A stretch of 33,842 nucleotides of DNA, from the NCBI GenBank assembly GCA_039933475.1, contig JBDTOA010000001.1, forward strand, positions 1 through 33,842, in the 5' to 3' direction. The DNA comes from Dermatophilaceae bacterium. Lineage in GTDB: Bacteria; Actinomycetota; Actinomycetes; Actinomycetales; Dermatophilaceae. Positions 14,216 to 24,664 of the stretch are shown here, piece after piece. Under the pieces are notes generated by a model. The model was not told the origin of the DNA, did not search any database, and was given only the letters and a program-made list of their open reading frames with translations. Position 1 is the first letter of the stretch. Each line of letters begins with the position of its first letter. Position numbers and translations under genes: made by a program.

Positions 14216-17200
14216 GTGAGGCCTCCATGATTCGCTCCCACACCTGGGGACCGTTGAGGTCGAGACCCTCGGCCTGGGCTGTGGCGCGCACGTCCAGCAC
14301 TCGCTGATAGTCGCGTGGCAGCACAAGGGTGAATCGGCTCGAGACATTGTCCCAGTCGGCGAGCAGCCTTCCGGCTACTGCAGACTCGGTCCACTGGCGA
14401 TGTTTGGTCAACAGCTCGTGCACGATGGCCACGTCGCCCTCGCGCAGCGCCATCAGGTCGACAAGATCGCGGTTGACCCTGTCCTCACGCAGGTCCAGGA
14501 CGTAGGCCACCCCACCGGACATCCCTGCGGCGAAGTTGCGGCCGGTCGGTCCAAGGACCAGCACGGTTCCCCCGGTCATGTACTCGCAGCCGTGGTCACC
14601 AAGGCCTTCGACTACTGCGGTGGCACCTGAGTTGCGCACGCAGAACCGCTCACCGACCTGGCCGCGCAGGAAGACCTCACCGCTGGTTGCCCCGTAGGCG
14701 ATCACGTTGCCGGCGATGACGTTCTGCTCTGCGGGCAAGGAAGCCGAGCGGTCCGGCCGAACAACCACTCGCCCACCCGAAAGACCCTTGCCCACATAGT
14801 CATTCGCATCGCCATACAGCCGCAGGGTAATGCCGGCGGGGAGGAATGCACCCAGGGACTGTCCAGCCGATCCCGACAGCTGGACGTCGATCGTGCCGTC
14901 CGGCAGACCGTGGGGGTAGGCCTTGGTCACCTCGTGGCCGAGCATCGTGCCCACGGTTCGGTTGACGTTACGGATGGGGAGCTCGATGCGCACGGGAGTC
15001 TTGTCCCGCAGGGCATCCTGGCTCATCTCGATCAACCGGTGGTCGAGGGCCTTCTCGAGGCCGTGAGCCTGGGCCATGGTGTTGCGCCGCGGCGCGCCAT
15101 CGACCGATTTGACCTCGGTGAGGATCGGCGCGAGGTCAAGACCACTGGCCTTCCAGTGCTGTACCGCTGCTGCGACCTCGAGCAACGATGCCTCGCCGAT
15201 GGCTTCCTCGACGGAGCGCAGGCCCAGGGCGGCCAGGTGCTCGCGCACCTCCTGGGCGATGTACTCGAAGAACGTCTCCACGAACTCCGGCTTGCCGGAG
15301 AAGCGCGAACGGAGCTCGGGATTCTGGGTTGCGATACCCACCGGGCAGGTGTCCAGGTGGCAGACACGCATCATCACGCAGCCGCTCACCACCAGCGGCG
15401 CAGTGGCGAAGCCGAACTCCTCGGCGCCCAGCAGTGCCGCGACCACAACGTCGCGTCCGGTCTTGAGCTGGCCGTCAACCTGGACCACGATCCGCTCACG
15501 GAGACCGTTGAGCACCAAAGTCTGCTGGGTCTCGGCAAGCCCCAGCTCCCATGGCGCTCCAGCGTGCTTGAGCGAGGTGAGTGGCGAAGCGCCGGTCCCA
15601 CCGTCATGGCCGGAGATGAGCACGACGTCCGCGTGCGCCTTGCTGACCCCTGCCGCGACCGTTCCGACACCGACCTCGGACACGAGCTTGACGTGGACGC
15701 GCGCCTCGGGGTTCGCGTTCTTGAGGTCGTGGATCAGCTGAGCCAGGTCCTCGATGGAGTAGATGTCGTGGTGCGGCGGCGGTGAGATCAGCCCTACCCC
15801 GGGGGTTGAGTGACGCACCTTGGCCACCCAGGGATAGACCTTGTGGCCCGGTAGCTGGCCACCCTCGCCCGGCTTGGCACCCTGAGCCATCTTGATCTGG
15901 ATGTCGTCTGCCTGGGTCAGATACAGGGAGGTAACTCCGAACCGACCGGAGGCGACCTGTTTGACCGCCGACCGCCGGATCGGGTCCAGCAGTCGATCCT
16001 CGTCCTCGCCGCCCTCCCCCGTGTTCGACCGGCCGCCCATGTGGTTCATGGCCACGGCAAGCGTCTCGTGCGCCTCCTGGCTGATCGACCCGTAGCTCAT
16101 CGCCCCGGTGCTGAAGCGGGCCACGATCTTGCTGATCGGCTCGACCTCGTCGATGGGCACCGCCGTTCGTCCGGCCGCGAGCTGGAACAGGCCACGCAGC
16201 GTCATCAGCCGCTCGGACTGCTCGTCCACCCGCGCTGTGTACTGCTTGAAGACGTCATAGCGGCGCGCTCGGGTGGAGTGCTGCAGCCGAAAGACCGTGT
16301 CCGGGTCAAAGAGGTGAGGCTCGCCCTCGCGGCGCCATTGGTACTCCCCGCCCACGTCCAGCTTGCGGTGCGGCAGACGCACACCGTCGGGCGGGTATGC
16401 CGTGGCGTGCCGTGCCGCCACCTCGCTCGCCACCACGTCCAGCCCGATGCCGCCCAGCTGGGAGATGGTGCCCGTGAAGTACGAGTCGATCAGCTCCTGG
16501 GAGAGCCCGATCGCCTCGAAGACCTGCGCGCCTCGGTAGGACGCCACTGTCGAGATGCCCATCTTGGACATGACCTTGAGCACGCCCTTGCCGAGCGCCT
16601 TGATCAGGTTCCGGACCGCCTTGTCGGCGCTGACTCCGGAAAGGGCACCCGAGCGAACGAGGTCCTCCACCGACTCCATGGCCAGGTAGGGGTTGACGGC
16701 GGCAGCACCGTAGCCGATGAGCAGCGCCACATGATGAACCTCACGGACGTCACCGGCCTCGACGAGCAACCCCACCTGGGTGCGGGTCTTCTCACGGATC
16801 AGGTGATGGTGCACTGCCGAGGTGAGCAGCAGCGTCGGGATGGGCGCGAGATCGCGGCCTGAGTCGCGGTCCGAAAGCACGACGAAGCGCGCACCGTCGC
16901 TCATTGCCTGCGACACCTCGACGAAGATCTCCTCGAGGCGGGCCTTCATCGCGGGGGCACCACCGCTCACGTCGTACAGACCCTTGACCACGTAGGTGGT
17001 GTAACCCGGCAGGTTGCCATCCGCGTTGATGTGCACGATCTTGGCCAGCTCGTCGTTGTCCAGCACCGGGAACGGCAGGACGACCTGCCGGGCCGAAGCC
17101 GGTCCGACGGACAAGGCGTTGCCCTCTGGGCCGATCACGGTGCCCAGCGACGTGACGAGCTCTTCGCGGATGGCATCCAGGGGCGGGTTCGTCACCTGGG

Positions 17201-18743
17201 CGAAGAGCTGGGTGAAGTAGTCGAAGATGAGGCGAGGGCGATCGGAGAGCACAGCGATGGGACTGTCGGTGCCCATCGAGCCGAGAGCCTCTCCCCCGGT
17301 CTTTGCCATCGGGCTGACCAGGATCCGCAGCTCTTCCTGGGTGTAGCCGAACGTCTGCTGACGACGGGCGACGGACGCCGGTGTGTGCACGATGTGCTCA
17401 CGCTCGGGCAGGTCCTCAAGGTTGATCATGCCGGCATGGAGCCAGTTCTCGTACGGGTTCTCCGCCGCCAGTGAGGACTTCACCTCGTCGTCGCTGATGA
17501 TTCGGCCGGACTCGGTGTCGACCAGGAACATGCGTCCCGGCTGCAGTCGGCCCTTGCGGACCACGCGGCCGGGCTCGAGGTCGAGCACCCCGGTCTCGGA
17601 GGCGAGGACCACCAGGCCGTCGTCGGTGACCCAGTAACGTCCTGGACGAAGACCGTTGCGGTCCAGCACGGCCCCTATGACGGTGCCGTCGGTGAAGGTC
17701 ACGCAGGCCGGCCCGTCCCACGGCTCCATGAACGAGGCGTGGAACTCGTAGAACGCCTTGCGAGCCGGGTCCATCTCCGCGTGGTTCTCCCACGCCTCCG
17801 GGATCATCATCAGGACCGCATGGGGCAGGGAGCGACCACCCAGATGAAGGAGCTCGAGGACCTCGTCAAAGGAGGCGGAGTCCGACACTCCCTTCGTGCA
17901 GATCGGGAGGAGACGTTCAAGGTCACCTGGAATCACGTCACTGGCGAGCTGGCTCTCGCGAGCCTGCATCCAGTTGCGGTTGCCCTTCACGGTGTTGATC
18001 TCACCGTTGTGGGCGATCATCCGGTAGGGGTGGGCGAGCGGCCAGGACGGGAAGGTGTTGGTCGAGAAGCGCGAGTGGACCAGCGCCAGCTCGGTGACAA
18101 ACCGGTGGTCGGACAGGTCGGGAAAAAAGGGCTCGAGCTGGTCGGTCGTGAGCATGCCCTTGTAGACCATCGTGCGTGTCGAGAGGGACGGGAAGTACAC
18201 CGCTGCCTCGTGCTCGGCCCGCTTGCGCAGGCAGAATGCCATTCGCTCCAGGCCCAGACCCACCTCGTGACAGCCGGATGCGCTGACGAACAGCTGGCGG
18301 AAGAACGGCATACAGGCGCGGGCCGTCTCACCGACCAGGTCCGTGGCGATCGGCAGGTCACGCCACCCGAGGACGTTCAGCCCCTCGTCTGCGGCCAGGG
18401 ACGAGATCGTTGCCTCGGCGACGCTCCGCTCCTCCGCGTCCGCGGGCAGGAAGGCGATGCCGGCGGCGTAGCCGCCCTTGGGGGGAAGCTCGAAATCCAC
18501 GACGGCGCGCAGGAAGGCGTCCGGGATCTGGGTCAGGATGCCTGCTCCGTCACCAACCGTGGGGTCTGCGCCGGTCGCGCCCCGATGCTCGAGGTTGCGC
18601 AACGCGGTCAGCGCGTGCTCGATGATGTCGTGCCCGGCACTGCCGCGCATCGTGGCGATGAACGCGACCCCGCAGGCATCGTGCTCGAGCTCGGAGTTGT
18701 ACAAACCCTGGTTCCGCGGCTGAGCGGAAAAAAGCCTAGACAA
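14208..18743 (-). CDS. gltB: Glutamate synthase large subunit
   Basis: The N-terminal amidotransferase region is [13 protein letters not shown] and GXGXG domains run through to the C-terminus. The start is uncertain: I chose the TTG at 18743 ([15 protein letters not shown]...), and the longest ORF starts at the GTG at 18803. Confidence 0.93.
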   Translation of the reverse strand: MSRLFSAQPRNQGLYNSELEHDACGVAFIATMRGSAGHDIIEHALTALRNLEHRGATGADPTVGDGAGILTQIPDAFLRAVVDFELPPKGGYAAGIAFLPADAEERSVAEATISSLAADEGLNVLGWRDLPIATDLVGETARACMPFFRQLFVSASGCHEVGLGLERMAFCLRKRAEHEAAVYFPSLSTRTMVYKGMLTTDQLEPFFPDLSDHRFVTELALVHSRFSTNTFPSWPLAHPYRMIAHNGEINTVKGNRNWMQARESQLASDVIPGDLERLLPICTKGVSDSASFDEVLELLHLGGRSLPHAVLMMIPEAWENHAEMDPARKAFYEFHASFMEPWDGPACVTFTDGTVIGAVLDRNGLRPGRYWVTDDGLVVLASETGVLDLEPGRVVRKGRLQPGRMFLVDTESGRIISDDEVKSSLAAENPYENWLHAGMINLEDLPEREHIVHTPASVARRQQTFGYTQEELRILVSPMAKTGGEALGSMGTDSPIAVLSDRPRLIFDYFTQLFAQVTNPPLDAIREELVTSLGTVIGPEGNALSVGPASARQVVLPFPVLDNDELAKIVHINADGNLPGYTTYVVKGLYDVSGGAPAMKARLEEIFVEVSQAMSDGARFVVLSDRDSGRDLAPIPTLLLTSAVHHHLIREKTRTQVGLLVEAGDVREVHHVALLIGYGAAAVNPYLAMESVEDLVRSGALSGVSADKAVRNLIKALGKGVLKVMSKMGISTVASYRGAQVFEAIGLSQELIDSYFTGTISQLGGIGLDVVASEVAARHATAYPPDGVRLPHRKLDVGGEYQWRREGEPHLFDPDTVFRLQHSTRARRYDVFKQYTARVDEQSERLMTLRGLFQLAAGRTAVPIDEVEPISKIVARFSTGAMSYGSISQEAHETLAVAMNHMGGRSNTGEGGEDEDRLLDPIRRSAVKQVASGRFGVTSLYLTQADDIQIKMAQGAKPGEGGQLPGHKVYPWVAKVRHSTPGVGLISPPPHHDIYSIEDLAQLIHDLKNANPEARVHVKLVSEVGVGTVAAGVSKAHADVVLISGHDGGTGASPLTSLKHAGAPWELGLAETQQTLVLNGLRERIVVQVDGQLKTGRDVVVAALLGAEEFGFATAPLVVSGCVMMRVCHLDTCPVGIATQNPELRSRFSGKPEFVETFFEYIAQEVREHLAALGLRSVEEAIGEASLLEVAAAVQHWKASGLDLAPILTEVKSVDGAPRRNTMAQAHGLEKALDHRLIEMSQDALRDKTPVRIELPIRNVNRTVGTMLGHEVTKAYPHGLPDGTIDVQLSGSAGQSLGAFLPAGITLRLYGDANDYVGKGLSGGRVVVRPDRSASLPAEQNVIAGNVIAYGATSGEVFLRGQVGERFCVRNSGATAVVEGLGDHGCEYMTGGTVLVLGPTGRNFAAGMSGGVAYVLDLREDRVNRDLVDLMALREGDVAIVHELLTKHRQWTESAVAGRLLADWDNVSSRFTLVLPRDYQRVLDVRATAQAEGLDLNGPQVWERIMEASRG

Positions 18744-18862
18744 GATTCGACACCGTCCTTGACGTCTCGAGATGCGGCCCGGAGAACCAGGCGTGGACGG
18801 CACTGGCCAGCGTGGTCAGGGAAGGATACCGGAAAGCCGGGAGTCCTGACAGGCGGGACAGG

Positions 18863-19879
18863 TCAGTCCAGATGTTGAGATGATGAGGCGTCGTCAGCTC
18901 TGGATCCGGGCTCGGCGCTCACCTCGCCGGCCTCACCGTGAGAGACATTCTTCTCCTCTTCGCGGTCTTCGGCCTTCTCCGCCTCAGGCTCTTCGGCATT
19001 CTCAGCATTCTCGGCATTCTCGGGAACCTCGGCAACCTCGAGATCTCGGTCTTCAGAGTCGCGGGCTCGAACACCGAGCCGCCAGTAGGCGAATGCCGAG
19101 CCGGCGAAGACGACTGCCGACGTCCAGACGTTGAGTCGGAGCCCAAGGATGTGGTTTGCCTCATCCGTGCGCATCGCCTCGATGACGATCCGCCCGAGGG
19201 TGTAGAGCATTCCGTAGAGTGCGAACACCTGGCCCTTCGCCAGGGCGAACCGCCGGTCGACCAGCACCAGCGCCAGGGCGACGAGCAGGCACCACACGGA
19301 CTCGAACAGGAACGTCGGCTGGAACGTGCCCAGGATGGTGGTTGTGCCACCCGGGCAGGCGACGGCCCCTCCGGCGCCCTGGTCCCAGCAGTGGATCTGC
19401 AGACCCCAGGGAGCATCGGTCCGCGCGCCATACAGCTCGTTGTTGAAGTAGTTGCCCCACCGGCCGATCGCCTGGGCCAGCACCACGCCCGGTGCGGCCG
19501 CGTCGGCGAAGTCCAGGAAGTCGACCCCGCTGCGACGACACCCGATCCAGGCGCCCACTGCCCCGAGGGCCACAGCTCCCCAGATGCCGAGGCCGCCCTC
19601 CCAGATCTTGAACGCGTTCATGGGGTGCCCGCCCGCGCCGAAGTACGCCTGCGGGCTGGAGATCACGTGATAGAGCCGGCCTCCGACGATCCCGAAGGGC
19701 ACGGCCCAGGTCGCCACATCCAGCGCCTGCCCGGGCTTGCCGCCCCGGTCCACGAGCCGCCGCTGCGCGATCCAGACCGCCACCACGATGCCCACGAGGA
19801 TGCACAGGGCGTATGCCCGGATGGGGAACGCGCCGATGAACCAGACCGACTGCCCCGGGCTGGGGATGGACGCGATCAC
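18863..19879 (-). CDS. lgt: Prolipoprotein diacylglyceryl transferase with acidic repeat tail
   Basis: FPIRAYALCILVGI...GGRLYHV...GLGIWG...GRWGNYFNNELYG... The GTG start overlaps the upstream stop (GTGA). The C-terminal tail of about 60 aa is E/A/N-rich. Confidence 0.93.
   Translation of the reverse strand: MIASIPSPGQSVWFIGAFPIRAYALCILVGIVVAVWIAQRRLVDRGGKPGQALDVATWAVPFGIVGGRLYHVISSPQAYFGAGGHPMNAFKIWEGGLGIWGAVALGAVGAWIGCRRSGVDFLDFADAAAPGVVLAQAIGRWGNYFNNELYGARTDAPWGLQIHCWDQGAGGAVACPGGTTTILGTFQPTFLFESVWCLLVALALVLVDRRFALAKGQVFALYGMLYTLGRIVIEAMRTDEANHILGLRLNVWTSAVVFAGSAFAYWRLGVRARDSEDRDLEVAEVPENAENAENAEEPEAEKAEDREEEKNVSHGEAGEVSAEPGSRADDASSSQHLD
18995..19048 (-). repeat. Six 9-bp tandem units encoding (E-V/N-A/P)n in the lgt tail
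   Basis: Plus-strand units are GGCATTCTC / AGCATTCTC / GGCATTCTC / GGGAACCTC / GGCAACCTC / GAGATCTCG. They are in frame and encode ...EVAEVPENAENAENA... Confidence 0.8.
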
Positions 19880-20625
19880 TTAGTGGCGGCCTTGACCTGG
19901 GCGACCAGGGCCTCTGGCGTCGACAGGGTCCTGGTGATGTCCTTGCCGTCCAGCTTCACCGTTGGGGTCGAGTTGATCCCGGCCCGGCTGGAGGCATCCT
20001 GCACATCGATGACGAACTGGTCGTAGTGACCCGACGAGGCGCACTGCTGCCACGTGGTCAGGGCGGGACCCGTGATGCCCGCCTCCGTCGCGAACTGGGT
20101 GAGCTGGGCGTCCGTGTACCCGGCGCCCTCCTGAGCAGGCTGGGCCGCGAATACCAGGGCGTGGTAAGGCAGGAACTTGCCTGCGTCGGAGGCGCAGGCC
20201 GCCGCGTTGGTCGCCCGCTTGGACGAGTCGTTCTTGAGGTTGTCGTCCAGGAAGGTCAGGGTGTGGATGATGAACTTGATGTCGCCGGCGTCGGACAACG
20301 AGGTCATGGTCGGCCCCATCGCCTTCTCCAGGGCGCCGCACGTGGGGCACTGAAAGTCCTCATAGAGGTCAAGGGTGGGCGCGTTGCTCTTGGCCGTCGC
20401 CTTGTTGACCAAGATGCCACCACCGTCGCTGCTGACGGCTCCGGCCGGCTGGGTGCTCCCGCTGGTTCCGTCGCTCGCGGACCCGGTCTTGCCGTTGTTC
20501 GCCATCACGATCGCCACCACCACAGCCACGATCAGGACCACGGCAACGGCAGCCCCGATGACGATCGGGTTTGGTCCCTTCTTGGGCGTGACCGTGGCGA
20601 TCTTCTTCTTGGCGTCTGGACGCAT
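19876..20625 (-). CDS. Membrane-anchored DsbA-like thiol:disulfide oxidoreductase
   Basis: Start at MRPDAKKK (ATG 20625) with GAGGAG upstream. The TM anchor is IVIGAAVAVVLIVAVVVAIV. The thioredoxin-fold active site is FQCPTCG. Confidence 0.85.
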   Translation of the reverse strand: MRPDAKKKIATVTPKKGPNPIVIGAAVAVVLIVAVVVAIVMANNGKTGSASDGTSGSTQPAGAVSSDGGGILVNKATAKSNAPTLDLYEDFQCPTCGALEKAMGPTMTSLSDAGDIKFIIHTLTFLDDNLKNDSSKRATNAAACASDAGKFLPYHALVFAAQPAQEGAGYTDAQLTQFATEAGITGPALTTWQQCASSGHYDQFVIDVQDASSRAGINSTPTVKLDGKDITRTLSTPEALVAQVKAATK

Positions 20626-20641
20626 GGGGGTGATCTCTCCT

Positions 20642-21100
20642 CTAACCGGGCTGGCTGAACAAACGGTGATCAAGGCTGTATGCCGTACGTGGCCGCACCA
20701 CCAGCCACGCGGCACAGGCTACGAGGCCCGCGTCGCGAAGCAGGTCTGGCAGGTACTGCGTCTGGCTGCCAGCAATAGTTCCCCCGCCGCCGAAACAGCC
20801 GCAGTCGATGCTCAGCCCGCGGATCCAGGCCGAGCTGATGCCGATGATGAAGGCGAGCATCAGGAGACCGCCGACCAAGGCCGAAACACGGGTGAACAGG
20901 CCCGCGACCAGGAGCAGCCCGATCAGGATCTCGACCACGGGCAAGGCGTAGCCAACGTACGCGGCGAAGTCGTACGGGAGAATCTGGAAGGCGCGTACGG
21001 CCCTGGCCGAGACGGCAGGTGAGGTCACCTTCAGGGCCCCGGCGAGCACCAGGACGACCCCAAGGATCAGGCGTGCCAGCAGGCCGACGATATCTGCCAT
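20642..21100 (-). CDS. MauE/DoxX-family redox-associated membrane protein
   Basis: Start at MADIVGLLARL (ATG 21100) with GGAGGCGGAGG upstream. Four hydrophobic helices and the family-typical DCGCFGG motif. Confidence 0.8.
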   Translation of the reverse strand: MADIVGLLARLILGVVLVLAGALKVTSPAVSARAVRAFQILPYDFAAYVGYALPVVEILIGLLLVAGLFTRVSALVGGLLMLAFIIGISSAWIRGLSIDCGCFGGGGTIAGSQTQYLPDLLRDAGLVACAAWLVVRPRTAYSLDHRLFSQPG

Positions 21101-21132
21101 CCGTCCTCCGCCTCCAGGGAGGCGCATGGGGC

Positions 21133-21933
21133 TCAGCCCTCCCGTCGGACGCCGGCAGCCAGATCGGCCGTGAGCTTGCGGATCCCCGTGAGAGCGTCCT
21201 CGCTCGACCCGGCGTCGGTGAGGCATCGCACCAGAGCCGATCCCACGATGACACCGTCCGCGAAGGCCGCAACCTGCGCGGCCTGGGCTCCGGTTGAGAC
21301 ACCGAGTCCGACACAGATCGGGGTGTCCGTCATCAGACGCGTCCTGGCAACCAGCTTCTCGGCTGCGTCGCCGACCGTCGTCCGCTCCCCGGTGACCCCC
21401 ATGGTCGAGGCGGCGTAGACGAACCCGCGACAGGCCGCGGTCGTGCTGCGAAGCCGATCGGGGGTCGAGCTCGGGGCAACCAGGAAGACACGGTCGAGGT
21501 CGTTGCGCTTCGCAGCCGCGATCCACTCGGCGCCCTCGTCCGGAATGAGATCCGGCGTGATCAGACCGGCCCCGCCAGCCCTGGCCAGGTCGTCGGCGAA
21601 GCGGTCGACGCCATAGCGGAGAACGGGATTCCAGTAGGTCATGACCAACGCGGGGGCGCCAGTCTCGGCCACAGCCTTAACCGCCTTGAACACGTCCGCC
21701 AGCCTGGTCCCGCCCTTGAGCGCGACGTCGGCAGCATGCGCAATGACGGGGCCGTCCATCAACGGGTCGGTGTAGGGCACCCCGATCTCAACGATGTCCA
21801 CGCCAGCGCCGACCATGGCAACCATCGCCTCGATGGACCCGGGGACGTCCGGATACCCGACGGGCAGATAGCCCACGAGGGCGGCCCGTCCCTGGCTCTT
21901 GGCCTTGGCCAGGACCGCCGCGACGCCGCTCAC
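21133..21933 (-). CDS. trpA: Tryptophan synthase alpha chain
   Basis: The GTG at 21933 overlaps the trpB stop. Motifs are [10 protein letters not shown]...[17 protein letters not shown]...LVMTYWNP...GLGVS. The longer ORF-track extension to 22452 runs inside trpB. Confidence 0.95.
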   Translation of the reverse strand: MSGVAAVLAKAKSQGRAALVGYLPVGYPDVPGSIEAMVAMVGAGVDIVEIGVPYTDPLMDGPVIAHAADVALKGGTRLADVFKAVKAVAETGAPALVMTYWNPVLRYGVDRFADDLARAGGAGLITPDLIPDEGAEWIAAAKRNDLDRVFLVAPSSTPDRLRSTTAACRGFVYAASTMGVTGERTTVGDAAEKLVARTRLMTDTPICVGLGVSTGAQAAQVAAFADGVIVGSALVRCLTDAGSSEDALTGIRKLTADLAAGVRREG

Positions 21934-23162
21934 TTCTTGTCCAAGGAGCCGTCGAGCAACCCGAACCATCGGGCTGCTGTGTCCACGTCCTTGTCGCCTC
22001 GCCCGGACAGGTTGACCAGGACGAGGCCGCTGGGGCCAAGCTCGCGACCAATTTCGAGCGCGCCGGCGAGTGCGTGCGCGCTCTCGATCGCCGGGATGAT
22101 TCCCTCGGTCCGGCACAGGAGCGAGAAGGCGTCCATCGCCTCCGTGTCCGTGATCGGCCGATACTCGGCCCGGCCGGAGTCTCGCAGGAATGAGTGCTCG
22201 GGCCCGACGCTGGGGTAGTCCAGCCCGGCCGAGATCGAGTGGGACTCCAGGGTCTGCCCGTCGTCGTCCTGGAGGACGTACGTGAACGCCCCGTGCAGGA
22301 CCCCGGGGAGCCCGGTGCTGAACCGGGATGCGTGCTTGTCCGTGTCCACGCCGTCGCCGCCCGCCTCGAGCCCGATGAGGCGGACCGAGGCGTCGTCGAT
22401 GAACCGGTGGAAGATGCCCATGGCGTTGGAGCCCCCGCCGACACAGGCGCAAACCGCATCAGGCAGCCGGCCGACGAGGTCGAGCACCTGGGCTCTTGCC
22501 TCGACGCCGATGATCCGCTGGAAGTCCCGCACCATGACCGGGAACGGGTGCGGGCCGGTGACCGTACCGATGAGGTAGTGGGTGGTCTCGACGTTTGCGA
22601 CCCAGTCGCGCATCGCCTCGTTGATCGCGTCCTTGAGCGTCTGGCTGCCGTGGCTCACGGGGATGACCTCTGCGCCGAGCAGCTGCATCCGGGCGACGTT
22701 CAGCGCCTGGCGCTCCGTGTCCTTCTGACCCATGTACACGGTGCACTCGAGGCCCATCAGAGCAGCCGCAGTCGCACTGGCTACGCCGTGCTGACCCGCG
22801 CCCGTCTCCGCGATGATGCGCGTCTTGCCCATCCGCTTGGTCAGGAGCGCCTGGCCGAGCACGTTGTTGAGCTTGTGCGAGCCCGTGTGGTTGAGGTCCT
22901 CACGCTTGAGCAGGACGCGGGCTCCCCCCGCATGGGCCGCGAAGCGCGGAACCTCCGTGAGGATGCTCGGACGGCCTGTGTAGGTGCGATGCAGTCGCTC
23001 GAGCTCGCCCTGGAAGGCCGGATCGCTGTTCGCCTTGCGCCGCGCCTCGTCGAGCTGTTCGAGGGCAGCCACCAGGGCTTCGGGGACATAGCGACCGCCG
23101 AAGGCACCGAAGCGGCCCGCGGGCGCGCCCTGAGCAGGCTGGTTCGGCTGGTCGCTCATCAC
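21930..23162 (-). CDS. trpB: Tryptophan synthase beta chain
   Basis: [11 protein letters not shown]...[16 protein letters not shown]...GGGSNAMG... The start (GTG 23162 or ATG 23159) overlaps the trpC stop. Confidence 0.97.
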   Translation of the reverse strand: MMSDQPNQPAQGAPAGRFGAFGGRYVPEALVAALEQLDEARRKANSDPAFQGELERLHRTYTGRPSILTEVPRFAAHAGGARVLLKREDLNHTGSHKLNNVLGQALLTKRMGKTRIIAETGAGQHGVASATAAALMGLECTVYMGQKDTERQALNVARMQLLGAEVIPVSHGSQTLKDAINEAMRDWVANVETTHYLIGTVTGPHPFPVMVRDFQRIIGVEARAQVLDLVGRLPDAVCACVGGGSNAMGIFHRFIDDASVRLIGLEAGGDGVDTDKHASRFSTGLPGVLHGAFTYVLQDDDGQTLESHSISAGLDYPSVGPEHSFLRDSGRAEYRPITDTEAMDAFSLLCRTEGIIPAIESAHALAGALEIGRELGPSGLVLVNLSGRGDKDVDTAARWFGLLDGSLDKK

Positions 23163-23971
23163 GCCTCTTGCCTGGGCCGCAGCCCGTTGGTACCGGCGGC
23201 AACGAGGTCAGCAACAGCCTGCCTGGGGCTGCCACCGGTCACCAGGGTCTCCCCGACGAGCACAGCATCTGCACCGGCCCGGGCGTAGTCGAGGACATCC
23301 TGGGGCCCCCGGACGCCGGACTCAGCGACCTTGACGATCTGCGGCGGGATGCGGGGCGCCACCCGGGCGAAGGTCCCACGGTCGACATCGAGCGTCTTGA
23401 GGTTGCGGGCGTTCACGCCGATGACTCGCGCACCGGCCTCGACCGCCCGGTCGGTCTCGGCCTCGTCGTGCACCTCGACCAAAGCCGTCATCCCCAGGGA
23501 CTCGGCGATCTCTCGCAGGCTGGTCAGCGTGGGCTGGTCCAGGGCGGCCACGATCAGCAGCACGAGGTCGGCCCCATAGGCACGCGCCTCCCACAGCTGG
23601 TAGGCCGAGACGACAAAGTCCTTGCGGAGCACCGGGACGTCAACGGCAGTGCGGACCGCGGAAAGGTCCTTGAGACTTCCCCCGAACCGGCGCTGCTCGG
23701 TCAGGACGCTGATCACGCTGGCGCCACCGGCGGCGTAGTCGGCCGCCAGCTCCCCGGGATCAGCGATCACGGCCAGCGGACCCTTGCTCGGACTGGATCG
23801 CTTCACCTCGGCGATCACCTTGACGCCCTCCCCAGCGCTCAGGACCCCGAAAGCATCCAGGGGTGGCGCGACCTGCTGCACGAGGGACCGGAGCTCGTCC
23901 ATCGAGACGCGGGCGGCTCGGACCGCGAGGTCCTCACGGACGCCGGCAATGATCTCGTCGAGGACAGACAC
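23159..23971 (-). CDS. trpC: Indole-3-glycerol-phosphate synthase
   Basis: [13 protein letters not shown]...[12 protein letters not shown]...PVLRKDF...GVNARNL... GTG start at 23971. Confidence 0.96.
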   Translation of the reverse strand: MSVLDEIIAGVREDLAVRAARVSMDELRSLVQQVAPPLDAFGVLSAGEGVKVIAEVKRSSPSKGPLAVIADPGELAADYAAGGASVISVLTEQRRFGGSLKDLSAVRTAVDVPVLRKDFVVSAYQLWEARAYGADLVLLIVAALDQPTLTSLREIAESLGMTALVEVHDEAETDRAVEAGARVIGVNARNLKTLDVDRGTFARVAPRIPPQIVKVAESGVRGPQDVLDYARAGADAVLVGETLVTGGSPRQAVADLVAAGTNGLRPRQEA

Positions 23972-24046
23972 CCGGCAAGGCTATCGGCGAGCGGGTCATG
24001 GGCCGAATTGGCCCCAGGACAGGTCAGCGAGCGGGCGAGGCCTTGC

Positions 24047-24664
24047 TCATCCCTCGTTGGTGGGGTCCTCTCCGCGGGACAGCTGGTCCCACGCGGAGTC
24101 GTGCCCTGGAGCTGAAGCCTTGCCCTTGGCTCCCTTCCCGCCGAACCCGTCGTCCGCCACCGGCGCGTCATACCTGCTGGAGAGCCCCCGCCACCGCCGT
24201 GCGCCGACCACTGCGCCCAGGCCTCCCACCCCCATGGCCAGCGCGGCCGCGAGTGCGACCCAGACCCAGACCGTCACCCGACCGTTGGCGGCCAGCGCCC
24301 CGCTGCGACCCGTGCCCGCCGCCGCAAGGCTGCCAAGCGCGCCATCAGGGTCGACCAGCACGCCGATGGTCGCCGCACCGCACAGGATCGCGGCCAGCAA
24401 CGCCGTGCACGCGGCGATGAAGCGCACCACGGTGCCGGAGGTGGCCACGGCCACAGCGGAGGCAAGCCCGACCAGGGCTGCGGCCAAGGCCCCCGGTGCC
24501 ACCTCAGAGCCCGTCCCGTGCAGGACGGTCGCGCCGAGCCCGGCGCTGACGGCACTGTCGGCCGTCCCCGAGACCCACTCACGAGAACCGCTGACAAGGA
24601 TGACTGCGGCGCTGACCAGCACGAGGACCACCACGAGTCGTTTGCTGGTCAGGGCGTCGATCAT
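24047..24664 (-). CDS. Trp-region conserved membrane protein (actinobacterial; position equivalent to M. tuberculosis Rv1610)
   Basis: Gly/Ala-rich multi-pass membrane protein. Its ATG overlaps the trpE stop (ATGA). It sits between trpE and trpC, as in other Actinomycetota. Confidence 0.8.
   Translation of the reverse strand: MIDALTSKRLVVVLVLVSAAVILVSGSREWVSGTADSAVSAGLGATVLHGTGSEVAPGALAAALVGLASAVAVATSGTVVRFIAACTALLAAILCGAATIGVLVDPDGALGSLAAAGTGRSGALAANGRVTVWVWVALAAALAMGVGGLGAVVGARRWRGLSSRYDAPVADDGFGGKGAKGKASAPGHDSAWDQLSRGEDPTNEG

Noticed and set aside
18804-18862. 5-mers at 11-nt spacing (GGTCA...GATAC...GCCGG...TGACA) upstream of gltB, considered as a GlnR box (gTnAc-n6-GaAAc).
   Set aside because: No register gives acceptable matches to both half-site types, and only a 6-bp inverted repeat (GTCAGG/CCTGAC) is clear. 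This is not enough to call.
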